Part shown: positions 20,486-29,306 of the stretch, piece by piece
How the letters are laid out: each line of letters begins with the position of its first letter
Numbering within the stretch: position 1 is the first letter of the stretch
NCBI GenBank assembly: GCA_011605725.1
Contig: JAAOZP010000017.1
Location: 256,001-320,000 of the forward strand
Direction: 5' to 3'
From: Nitrososphaerota archaeon
GTDB taxonomy: Archaea > Thermoproteota > EX4484-205 > JAAOZP01
Length of the DNA stretch: 64,000 nucleotides
Program-made: the position numbers and the translations under genes
The notes under the pieces: generated by a model
What the model was told of the DNA's origin: nothing
The model's database searches: none
What the model saw: only the letters and a program-made list of their open reading frames with translations

Positions 20486-21853
20486 TCAAAGTATATAGGT
20501 TATCGTGCCCTCCTTAGAGTCTTCAACCAGTATTCCGATCTTTTTAAGGTCGTTCCGAATCCTGTCGGCAAGACTGTAATCCCCAGAAGCCCGAGCCTCT
20601 TCCCTAAGCCTAACCAGTATTTCCGTAAGCCTCCTCTCCCTCTCCGTGGCTTTTTCAACACCCTCCTGGAAGAACCCGAGCATCCTCCAAAGCCTGGAAA
20701 ACCGGTGTAGAAGGCTTTTCGAAACATTATTCCTGCTCGAATCCTCGAGAATCCTGTTGGCAGCATCCATAAGCGTCGCGATAGCGCGAGGCGTGTTGAA
20801 ATCGTTGCATAAATGGTTTAAAACCTGGTTTTCAAGCTCATCAGCCTCCCTGCTCTCACCCTCCTCCCCCTCTCCAAGCCTAACTAGGATTCTCCTAACC
20901 CTGTCAAGCCCCTTTTTAGCAGCCTCTAGGGACCGCTCACTGTAATCCAACGGGCTCCGGTAATGCGTTGAAAGAACGTAGAACCTGAGAGTGTCGGGGT
21001 CAAACCTGTTTAAAACCTCTCTGACCGTCACATAGTTTTTAAGGCTCTTCGACATTTTCTCTCCTCCAACATTTAAAAGCCCATGGTGCATCCATATCTG
21101 TACGAACCTCTTCCCAGTTAATGCTTCGGATTGCGCTCTCTCATTCTCATGATGAGGGAAAACAAGCTCCGTGCCGCCTGCATGTATGTCAAGGGTTTCA
21201 CCCAGGTACTTCATGGCCATCACGCTGCACTCGATATGCCACCCTGGCCTACCTCTCCCCCACGGGCTCTCCCAAGAAGCCTCCCCTGGCTTAGCTGCTT
21301 TCCAAAGTGCAAAGTCAAGCGGATCCCTCTTGTTCTCGCCTGGCTCAACCCTAGCGCCTGCAAGGATATTATCCAGTGATTGGCTTGAAAGCTCCCCGTA
21401 GCCTTGATACTTCCGCACGGAGAAGTAGACGTTGCCGTGAGACTCGTAAGCATAGCCTTTCTCCATCAGCTTCCCCACGAATCCTATTATGTCGGGAATA
21501 TGGTCAGTCACCCTGGGGTTGAAAGTGGGAAGTCTTATTCCGAGTCTCAGAGTATCGATGAAATACTCAACCGTGTATTGGAGTGCAACCTCGCTAGCAG
21601 GCCTACCCTCCTCGACAGACCTACTTATTATCTTGTCGTCGACATCAGTAATGTTTCTCACGAAGATAACCCGGTAACCCAAATACTCTAGAAATCTTCT
21701 AAACGAGTCGTAGATTATTTCCGACCGGGCGTGGCCAAGATGAGCTACATCGTAGACAGTGGGGCCGCACACGTACATTCTGACCTCTCCAGGATGTATT
21801 GGAACCAGTTTCTCAACCTTCTTCGTTAAAGTGTTGTAGATGAAAACATCCAT
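20486..21853 (-). CDS. cysS: Cysteinyl-tRNA synthetase
   Basis: MYVCGPTVYD.AHLGH, DFALWK, GRPGWHIECS, FPHHENE, KMSKS. The start could be 21883 or further upstream. Confidence 0.96.
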   Translation of the reverse strand: MDVFIYNTLTKKVEKLVPIHPGEVRMYVCGPTVYDVAHLGHARSEIIYDSFRRFLEYLGYRVIFVRNITDVDDKIISRSVEEGRPASEVALQYTVEYFIDTLRLGIRLPTFNPRVTDHIPDIIGFVGKLMEKGYAYESHGNVYFSVRKYQGYGELSSQSLDNILAGARVEPGENKRDPLDFALWKAAKPGEASWESPWGRGRPGWHIECSVMAMKYLGETLDIHAGGTELVFPHHENERAQSEALTGKRFVQIWMHHGLLNVGGEKMSKSLKNYVTVREVLNRFDPDTLRFYVLSTHYRSPLDYSERSLEAAKKGLDRVRRILVRLGEGEEGESREADELENQVLNHLCNDFNTPRAIATLMDAANRILEDSSRNNVSKSLLHRFSRLWRMLGFFQEGVEKATERERRLTEILVRLREEARASGDYSLADRIRNDLKKIGILVEDSKEGTITYIL

Positions 21854-22110
21854 GAGGCTTTTCCCAGCCTTGTCCACACTCATTCTCCTGACGGTTTCCA
21901 TTTTATTCTTTTTAAGCATTCCGTGGAAATATAGCTGCGTATTATAATGAAAAATAGGCTTATTTTTAGCTTGAATATCAAGCGTATGCTTAAAGATGCT
22001 TTAGTTGAAAAATGCTCCATCGTGAGCCAGTGTGCCCCCGCGTCAGAAATCCATAAACTAAGGAAGCGTTGAAAAATAGAGCGCGCGCTTCTCCCAACAG
22101 TTCCCATTCA

Positions 22111-23400
22111 TCATTCTCTCAAATACTCTGTTATCCTTCTTCTCTCCCTAATATTCCTGAGAAGCCTGCTTTCCTTAATTATGAGCCCCCAAGGCGTCCT
22201 AAGCCTCTTCATAGCATGGGTTAAAGCGTTTTCAAGGTTTCCGAAAACAGTGGGCTTTCCAGCCAGGGCTTTTCTGACATTCTCCCTAACCAGCCAGACT
22301 CCTGCTGGCAGAAGGTATCCTGGTCCTGCTTCCCTAAGCACCAGCACGGCTGCCTGCCGCCTAACCCTTTTTAGATGCTCGACGACTGCAAGCCTAGCAG
22401 CATAGTAGCAGCCGCCTATCCTAGCGTAGGTTGTTCTCCCTTCAACATCCTCATAGTCTGAGCCTATAGCGACATTCTCCCCACCCCCTATGTTCCAGAC
22501 AGAGCCCGGGTGAAACATTTCGATGAACTCGTAGCACCATTTTCCAGGCATTACGACAACTATGAACCTGTTGTCAATATGCTGGGACTCGTAAACCATG
22601 TACTCCCCGACCTCGGGATATTCTCTGAGGCTCTCAATCATTCTCTCCGCCAGAATGCTGTCCACCGCAGTTATGCTCCACCTTGTTGGGACAAGCCGTC
22701 TGCGCCTACCTATTCCGAAGACAGCTGCGCTCAAAGCCTTTTGAATGGATGAAACAGGAACTCCTGCAGAGTATGCGTTGTAGACTGCTTCTGAAGCCTT
22801 AAGATCCTCATCGTAATATGCTTTCTCAATCACCCGGTTAACCTTGATGCTGCCCGCCTCAAGCCTCTCCACAAGCCCGTAGGGACCGAATGGTTGAGCA
22901 TCCTCGTCGAGGATGAGACGCGCCTTAACCGGCTTGGAGAACTCTAGGGACGCCTCTATAGGTTGGCTTGCCATCGCCATCTCTTGCGTTAGCCCGAAAA
23001 GCCTCCCTGCTTCCCAAGGATTGTTAACGTTAACTCTGAAGATTCCCCTTACGAGGCTAGACCTATACTCTATAAGCTTATCCAGATCTATACTCCACCA
23101 GTATTCAGGCTGGTCAAGAACACTAGTGTCTCCGAAGAAAGGAGGAACAAGAGGCCCAACGCCGACCTTCGGATAGCCTATTCTTCCCACGAAGACCCCG
23201 GGAGGGGAAGACCCATCCATCGCCGTCCTGCTTTCAAGCCTTAGACTAACCACTGGTTGAAGCTTGCTGTAGCGGAGCATTATGGGGCACTGCTTTCTCC
23301 CACAGAGGGCTCTCGAGCCTAGACAGTATATGCATTGGCTTCCGCTGGGCGCATGAACCTCTACTCCACCGGAGGAAGCCCAGGGGAGTAAGGGTTGCAT
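22111..23400 (-). CDS. Nre-family archaeal DNA repair protein
   Basis: N-terminal C4 motif CIYC..LCG..CP, GSSPP.VFVGR.GYPKV, RRLVPTRWSITAVD, GG.YYAARLAV.EHL, and a PIP-like tail RRRITEYL. Confidence 0.9.
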   Translation of the reverse strand: MQPLLPWASSGGVEVHAPSGSQCIYCLGSRALCGRKQCPIMLRYSKLQPVVSLRLESRTAMDGSSPPGVFVGRIGYPKVGVGPLVPPFFGDTSVLDQPEYWWSIDLDKLIEYRSSLVRGIFRVNVNNPWEAGRLFGLTQEMAMASQPIEASLEFSKPVKARLILDEDAQPFGPYGLVERLEAGSIKVNRVIEKAYYDEDLKASEAVYNAYSAGVPVSSIQKALSAAVFGIGRRRRLVPTRWSITAVDSILAERMIESLREYPEVGEYMVYESQHIDNRFIVVVMPGKWCYEFIEMFHPGSVWNIGGGENVAIGSDYEDVEGRTTYARIGGCYYAARLAVVEHLKRVRRQAAVLVLREAGPGYLLPAGVWLVRENVRKALAGKPTVFGNLENALTHAMKRLRTPWGLIIKESRLLRNIRERRRITEYLRE

Positions 23401-23403
23401 GTC

Positions 23404-23796
23404 TTATTCAACCGGTATTCTTCTACCGCGCTTCTTCTTCGTCAATATCACTTCCAGAATACCGTTGTAGTATCTTGCTTTAGCAGGCTCCTCCTCAACC
23501 TTCGTCGGAAGAGGTATTCTAACGCTGTAGTACAATGGGGTTTCCTTGAAAAGCCTCCTCACCGAGGGAGTCTCCTTCCTGCACAATCCTTCGACGACAA
23601 GAGAATCCTCGTAAAGCGTCAGCTTAATATCGTCCTTCTCAACCCCAGGCAGGTCTACACTGATCCTTATCTCGTTCTCGCTTTCAACAATGTTATACAG
23701 CGGTTCCACGCATCCCATGCGTCTAGCCCTCCGCCTCCCAAGGTCCTCCTCGAACACCACCCGCATCTCGTCGAAGAACCTTTCAAAATCCTCCAT
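23404..23796 (-). CDS. Small heat-shock protein (Hsp20/alpha-crystallin)
   Basis: EPLYNI.E, VDLPGVEKDDIKL, A.YYNGILEV.L.K, C-terminal IPVE. Confidence 0.9.
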   Translation of the reverse strand: MEDFERFFDEMRVVFEEDLGRRRARRMGCVEPLYNIVESENEIRISVDLPGVEKDDIKLTLYEDSLVVEGLCRKETPSVRRLFKETPLYYSVRIPLPTKVEEEPAKARYYNGILEVILTKKKRGRRIPVE

Positions 23797-23809
23797 TCTC
23801 TCTCACCTC

Positions 23810-24559
23810 CTAGACAAGGCTCTGCTCCGTCATGGGTGGCAGGCTTCTCATCCTCCTTATCTCATCGTCAGTCCTCCTCATGAGCTCCCTATACTGCATC
23901 CTGATCTCCTCGGCGGAAGCTATTAATGAATCCACCTCCACCTTCTCTAAGCCTATTTGCGGCAGCAGTGTTAAAACCTTTGCTGCCGAGCCAGGGTCAG
24001 GATAGTTCAAGTACGACTGGACGAAAAGCCCGAGCCCATTCATACCGAGTCTTTCAAGCCTCTTAAGGATAAGTGCTTTCGGCCCGAAGAGCAACCCGTC
24101 TCGCAAGATCTCTACATCCTTCATTTTCGAGGCAATCTTTAAGGCTTCCTCGCTTGTCGGCACGGCGTAAACCTTAGGATCCGTTATGTCTATCCTGTAT
24201 GGGTGCGGTATTCCACCTAGGCTTAGAAACAGCCTCGGGTTCTTGCTTTTAACCCAGTCCACTATTTGCCCCACTATGTCGTAAACCCCTTCCTGAGGTA
24301 TTGGAAGCTCAGACCTTAGAATGTAGACATTATCCTTATAGTATATTTCGAACACATCCATAATCTTCCCGTTTCTCATCACCAGCATCGGTGGGAAATC
24401 ATCAGTCTCAAGATACCCTGTTTTCTCAAAACCAAGTTTCGAAAGATAGTGGCTGAGCGATATTGTTCCGACAAGACCCGTATCTGGAATACCTTCAAGT
24501 ATCAACGGCCTGTCGAAAACCGTTTTAACCTCTTCGATAATCATGCTCCTACCAGCCAT
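23810..24559 (-). CDS. Proteasome assembly chaperone (PAC2) family protein
   Basis: EGIPDTGLVGTI, SLGG, YPDPGSA; ends in a coiled-coil tail. Confidence 0.85.
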   Translation of the reverse strand: MAGRSMIIEEVKTVFDRPLILEGIPDTGLVGTISLSHYLSKLGFEKTGYLETDDFPPMLVMRNGKIMDVFEIYYKDNVYILRSELPIPQEGVYDIVGQIVDWVKSKNPRLFLSLGGIPHPYRIDITDPKVYAVPTSEEALKIASKMKDVEILRDGLLFGPKALILKRLERLGMNGLGLFVQSYLNYPDPGSAAKVLTLLPQIGLEKVEVDSLIASAEEIRMQYRELMRRTDDEIRRMRSLPPMTEQSLV

Positions 24560-24597
24560 CTTGCAATACTTATTTCCCCAGGGAGTGTTAAAAAGCT

Positions 24598-25989
24598 TTA
24601 ACCCCGGTTTTCAGGCTCCACATGAATAATTACTTCAACTTTTCCTCCAAGAACGTGTTCAACACGGTGCTCCAGCCTGGAAGCCGCTTCATGAGCCTCC
24701 GCCATGCTCCTACCACCCTCCATGCTGACTGTGAGCTCAATCCTGTTTAAACCGGAGGCTTCTCTAAAAACCCTTATCCTCCTAATTCCTTTAACAGTGT
24801 GAAACTGCTTAACCTCCTCTTCAACAGCCTGTTTAACCTTAAGGTATAGAGAGGAGTTTGAGCCGATTGTCCTGATCGGTGTGACTGCTGAGCCAGCTGT
24901 TTCAACATGAACCATTACGCTGCCAACGTTCTCAACATCTTTCAAAACGTTCCTCTCGACTTCGTCAGCAATCCTGTGGGCTTCAGAAAGACTCATCTCT
25001 CCAGGGACCTCTATGTGCAGTGACACGAACAGTTTACCGTCTGACTGTGAAACAAGAATATCGTGAACGTTCAGAACACCCTTGACTCTCATAACCGAGT
25101 CCTTAACGACTCCACGAAGGCCTTCGGAACCCTTTGGAAGACCATGTACTCTAACAATCACATCCCCCTCAACAATCCTGGAGATTTTATCCTCAACATT
25201 CTTAACGCTCTTCTGAATGCTTGAAACACTGCTCTCCACGGGGACGACCGCGCCGACGTCGACATACGTCTTCCTGTCAAGCCTCCTTACGTTCAAGTAT
25301 GAAACTCCGTCAGCACCATACTCTTCCTCAACAATCCTTCTTATTCTCCTCACCATGGCTGGCGAGACAGTGTCCGTTAGCTCAAGCCCAGTTTCATAGA
25401 GCAGTCTACCGCTGAGATAAACCATCATGGCTGCGAGCAGGATGCCTGCAACAGCGTCTGCATAACTCATGTTGAAGTATCCTGCAAGAACGAAACCGAG
25501 GATAGCCACGATAGTGTCGAAGAAATCAGCCAGCGAGTGAAACAGGCCTGCCTTAACGCTGGACTCGCCTCCGCCTGGAGCCTTTGAAAGCAGGATGATC
25601 CTGGCGAAATCCACGGTTAACGTGTAGGCGAGCGCCAGTACTCCTACTAACCCGGGGTAGACTGGAGACGGGTTGAAGAGTCTTTCGAAGCTTCTCATGA
25701 GAAGCTGGATGACAAGGTAGATGAGCGCGATGCCGCTTGTGAAAGCTCCTAGCGTCTTTATCCTGCTATGGCCGTAAGTATGGCTCTCATCCGCAGGCTT
25801 AAGGCTGACCCTGTAGGTTATGAAAAGCATCCCGGTTATTAGGAAATCATACGCTGCGTGAATCCCGTCTCCGAGAACCGCTAGGCTGTTAGTGAGAATT
25901 CCTGCAGAAACCTCGAGAAGCATTACTGAGCCTATTAGGCATGTGGATGCTAGCTGTGTGTTCAGTATTTTCTCTTCAGATTCTTTCAA
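24598..25989 (-). CDS. Cation diffusion facilitator with three tandem C-terminal metal-binding (dimerisation) domains
   Basis: HAAYD and HSLAD TM sites, PADESHTYGH; repeated SLSEAH..A..VE...VMVHVE and SMAEAH..A..LE...VIIHVEP units. Confidence 0.85.
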   Translation of the reverse strand: MKESEEKILNTQLASTCLIGSVMLLEVSAGILTNSLAVLGDGIHAAYDFLITGMLFITYRVSLKPADESHTYGHSRIKTLGAFTSGIALIYLVIQLLMRSFERLFNPSPVYPGLVGVLALAYTLTVDFARIILLSKAPGGGESSVKAGLFHSLADFFDTIVAILGFVLAGYFNMSYADAVAGILLAAMMVYLSGRLLYETGLELTDTVSPAMVRRIRRIVEEEYGADGVSYLNVRRLDRKTYVDVGAVVPVESSVSSIQKSVKNVEDKISRIVEGDVIVRVHGLPKGSEGLRGVVKDSVMRVKGVLNVHDILVSQSDGKLFVSLHIEVPGEMSLSEAHRIADEVERNVLKDVENVGSVMVHVETAGSAVTPIRTIGSNSSLYLKVKQAVEEEVKQFHTVKGIRRIRVFREASGLNRIELTVSMEGGRSMAEAHEAASRLEHRVEHVLGGKVEVIIHVEPENRG

Positions 25990-26079
25990 ACTCCCTGTTG
26001 AAACGGGGCTTTGAAAAGCTGCTTTTAAGCTTATGCTTCTTTTAAAAACTTAAAACCCGTATCCCAGTCTGTCTCCGCC

Positions 26080-26781
26080 ATGTTTCCAACCGGGGATGAG
26101 ACTAGGCGTTACACTCATCCAATCATAGTATACATGCTGATAGGCTTTAACACCGGTGTCTTCATCCTCGAGTTTTCAGACCCATGGGCTTACGAGCTCA
26201 TGATACTGCAATACGGCTTTATACCTAGGCTTCTGACGCTCGACCCTTTAGAGGGAGTGTTAAGGATGTTTACATCCATGTTTCTCCACGCAGATGTTCT
26301 ACACATCTTCGGCAACATGCTTTTCCTCTACGTTTTTGGAGACAATGTGGAGGACAGGATGGGGCACGTCAAGTTTCTGTTTTTCTATCTTTTCTCCGGC
26401 TTTGCCGCGAGCCTAGCTCACTTCATGATCGACCCTTTTTCAATGGTTCCCGCCATAGGGGCTTCCGGCGCCATCTCCGGCGTCATGGGTGCATACATGG
26501 TTATGTTTCCCTTCGCCAGGGTACGGGTTTTCTACCGTTTCTTCATGGTGAGGCTTCCCGCTGTTGTCTACTTGGGATTCTGGTTCCTGATGCAGCTTTT
26601 CGAAAGCATGCTTCCGGAATACGTTGGAATCGCTTATTGGGCTCATATCGGCGGGTTTATCACTGGAGTAATCGTGGCGCTGCTCTTCTTCAGAAAGGAG
26701 CGTAAACGTCCAGTTGCCCAATACTCCTATTACTACAGTTACTCTACACTACACTGTCAATACCCGGCGGGATATTGGTGA
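26080..26781 (+). CDS. Rhomboid intramembrane serine protease
   Basis: FLHADVLHIFGNM, GASGAISG, AYWAHIGG. Confidence 0.93.
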   Translation: MFPTGDETRRYTHPIIVYMLIGFNTGVFILEFSDPWAYELMILQYGFIPRLLTLDPLEGVLRMFTSMFLHADVLHIFGNMLFLYVFGDNVEDRMGHVKFLFFYLFSGFAASLAHFMIDPFSMVPAIGASGAISGVMGAYMVMFPFARVRVFYRFFMVRLPAVVYLGFWFLMQLFESMLPEYVGIAYWAHIGGFITGVIVALLFFRKERKRPVAQYSYYYSYSTLHCQYPAGYW

Positions 26782-26999
26782 AAGAATTAGAATCATAGAC
26801 TTTCCTTGGGTGCTGGGGCGAGAACAGTAATAGTGAATCCAGGTATCACTCCTATTCTTACGGTTTTTCTGTGAAAACCATATTTTTCCTTAGACGCGAG
26901 TCCGAATCGTCAGATGCTTCTCCGTTGAACCCTCCCAATATTCATCCCAGTGTACTTGCGAACTAGCTTATCGTAAGCCGGCTTCAGCCCGTGGGCTTA

Positions 27000-28001
27000 C
27001 TAACAAATCCTTGGCAACGGTATTCCATGAAGCATGGGTAGGATTCTAACCCCTCCTGCCCTCGTTAAAAGCCTAACCTCGCCAGTCTTAGATCTTCCAG
27101 AGACTCTGCCTATTACACAGGCTTCTCTACTGACCTCAAGCCTTTTCAAAGCCCTTATTGTTTCCTCAGCGTAGCGTCGCGGCGTGAATATGATGAGCCT
27201 GCCTTCGCATCCAAGGTAAAGCGGGTCTATGCCTAGAACCTCGCAGAAGCCTAAAACACTCTCCTTGAACGGTATTTTCTCCTCCTCTACTTCTATCACG
27301 ACCCTAGAGGATTCCGCAACCTCGTTAAGCGAGGTCGCTAAGCCTCCTCTAGTAGGATCTATGAGAGTATGTACAATTATTCCCTTCTTGACGATCGTTT
27401 CCAGAATGCTCGTTAATGGAGCGCAGTCGCTCAAAACATCCGTCTCCAGTTGAAATTCTCCTCTTGCAGCAAGCACAGCAGCCCCATGGTCTCCAACACT
27501 TCCAGTTACAATAATAGTGTCCCCAGGCCTCGCATTCAACGTTGAAACCCTGATGCCCGGGTATACTCTTCCAACACCTGAAGTGTTTATGAAGATCCTA
27601 TCGCACCCTCCCTTCTCAACAACCTTCACGTCTCCAGTCGCTATCTTAACTCCAGCCTTCTCAGCAGCCTCCCCGACGCTTCCAATAATCCTTCTGAGAA
27701 AATCCTCCTCCAACCCTTCCTCCATTATCAGCGACAGGCTCAGGTATTTGGGCTTAGCCCCCATTGTGACAAGATCGTTCACAGTACCGTTGACTGACAA
27801 CATCCCTATGTCGCAACCCTTGACTACAGGAGGCTTCATGACGAAGGAATCAGTTGTGAAAGCAATCCTGCCGCCGCGCGTCTTAAACACAGCCTTGTCA
27901 ACACCCCTGCTGTCAATGTTAAGCCTGCCGGATATTTCTCTGATAAGCTCGTGCATCAGCCTTCCGCCGGCACCATGCTCCAAGATTATTCTCCCGCTCA
28001 T
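27000..28001 (-). CDS. hypE: [NiFe]-hydrogenase maturation protein HypE
   Basis: HGAGG, TTDSF, VNDL, DPTRGG, C-terminal PRIC. Confidence 0.95.
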   Translation of the reverse strand: MSGRIILEHGAGGRLMHELIREISGRLNIDSRGVDKAVFKTRGGRIAFTTDSFVMKPPVVKGCDIGMLSVNGTVNDLVTMGAKPKYLSLSLIMEEGLEEDFLRRIIGSVGEAAEKAGVKIATGDVKVVEKGGCDRIFINTSGVGRVYPGIRVSTLNARPGDTIIVTGSVGDHGAAVLAARGEFQLETDVLSDCAPLTSILETIVKKGIIVHTLIDPTRGGLATSLNEVAESSRVVIEVEEEKIPFKESVLGFCEVLGIDPLYLGCEGRLIIFTPRRYAEETIRALKRLEVSREACVIGRVSGRSKTGEVRLLTRAGGVRILPMLHGIPLPRIC

Positions 28002-28004
28002 TTC

Positions 28005-29093
28005 TCACAACCCCGCGTAGAAGTATGCGGCGCACGTGCCTTCAGATGAAACCATGCATGGGCCAATAGGGTTGTCGGGTCTACAGGCTTTTCTATAGAG
28101 GCTGCATTCAAACGGTTTTCGACTCCCCCTGACGACTTCTCCGCAGAGGCATCCATCAGGCTTAACGGTTTTAACTGGTTTCAAGCCATATTCTTCAACA
28201 GCGTCGAAAGACCTAAACTCCTCCCTTAAAGCCAGGCCGCTTCCCTCTATGAATCCGAGGCCACGCCACTCGGAGTCAACCTGCTTGAAAACCTCGCGCA
28301 TAAGCCTAACCGCCTTAACGTTTCCCTCGTACCTGACAGTCCTCGAGTATTCGTTCTCAACCTCACTCCTTTTTTCAGCAAGCTGCTTCAGTATCATGCG
28401 TATCGCCTCCACGATGTCAACAGGTTCGAAACCGGTTACGACAGCTGGAACACTGTGTTTCCGCACGATTTCAACATAGGGTTTAACGCCTATTATCGTG
28501 CTCACGTGACCCGGAAGCATCAGTCCGTCTATATTAAGATCCTCAGCCTCAAGAAGCCTGTTTAAAGCAGGCGGCATCAGTTTGAAGAGACTTATCAGCC
28601 TAAGATTCCTAATCCCTCTGCTTCTACACTGAAGTATGGTTGAGGCGAAAAGGGGGGAAGTGGTTTCGAAGCCTATTCCCGCCATGACGAATTCCCTTTC
28701 AGGTTCCTTCTCAGCCATTCTAAGAGCATCATAAGGAGAGTAAATAACTCTCACGTCGAGCCCCTCGCCCCTAAGGTTTAACAGGCTCCTGCCGTTAACA
28801 GGAACCCTCATCATGTCTCCGAAAGTAGCTATGGTCTTACCTGCTTCAGCGGCTTGAAAAAGCATTGAGAACCCTGAATCGGGCGTAACGCAGACGGGGC
28901 AGCCTGGGCCAGATATAAGGTCGAGACTATCCTTGAAAAGACTCTTTAAACCATGCCTCGCAACAGTCATCGTGTGCGTCCCACAAACCTCCATTATCTT
29001 GACTTCTCTACCAAGTCTCTCAAGAAGCTCGTTAGCCTTACCAGCTATCCTCCTGACGAGTTCTCCATCCCTATACTCTTGCATGAACCTCAT
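28005..29093 (-). CDS. hypD: Hydrogenase maturation protein HypD
   Basis: MEVCGTHT, GPGCPVC, GFETT, PGHVS, CMVSSEGTC. Confidence 0.96.
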   Translation of the reverse strand: MRFMQEYRDGELVRRIAGKANELLERLGREVKIMEVCGTHTMTVARHGLKSLFKDSLDLISGPGCPVCVTPDSGFSMLFQAAEAGKTIATFGDMMRVPVNGRSLLNLRGEGLDVRVIYSPYDALRMAEKEPEREFVMAGIGFETTSPLFASTILQCRSRGIRNLRLISLFKLMPPALNRLLEAEDLNIDGLMLPGHVSTIIGVKPYVEIVRKHSVPAVVTGFEPVDIVEAIRMILKQLAEKRSEVENEYSRTVRYEGNVKAVRLMREVFKQVDSEWRGLGFIEGSGLALREEFRSFDAVEEYGLKPVKTVKPDGCLCGEVVRGSRKPFECSLYRKACRPDNPIGPCMVSSEGTCAAYFYAGL

Positions 29094-29305
29094 TCTTTAA
29101 ACATCTCCCTAAGCGCCTCCAGCATTTCTAGAGCTGTTTTCTGGTCGAGAACCTCTATGGCGAAGCCAGCGTGAACAATAACATAGTCTCCGACGGAAAT
29201 ATTGTCGACAAGGTCAAGCCTCACGCTCCTACGTGTACCCCCGAACGAGACAATAGCCTCCTCTCCCTTAACCTCCTCAACTCTTCCAGGTATGCCGAGG
29301 CACAA
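29090..29305 (-). CDS. hypC: Hydrogenase assembly chaperone HypC
   Basis: MCLGIP, GDYVIVHAGFAI; TTG start. Confidence 0.95.
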   Translation of the reverse strand: MCLGIPGRVEEVKGEEAIVSFGGTRRSVRLDLVDNISVGDYVIVHAGFAIEVLDQKTALEMLEALREMFKE

Positions 29306-29306
29306 A

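Noticed and set aside
26721-26781. Tyr/Ser-rich tail of the rhomboid as a repeat element
   Set aside because: Short low-complexity coding tail with no regular repeat unit.
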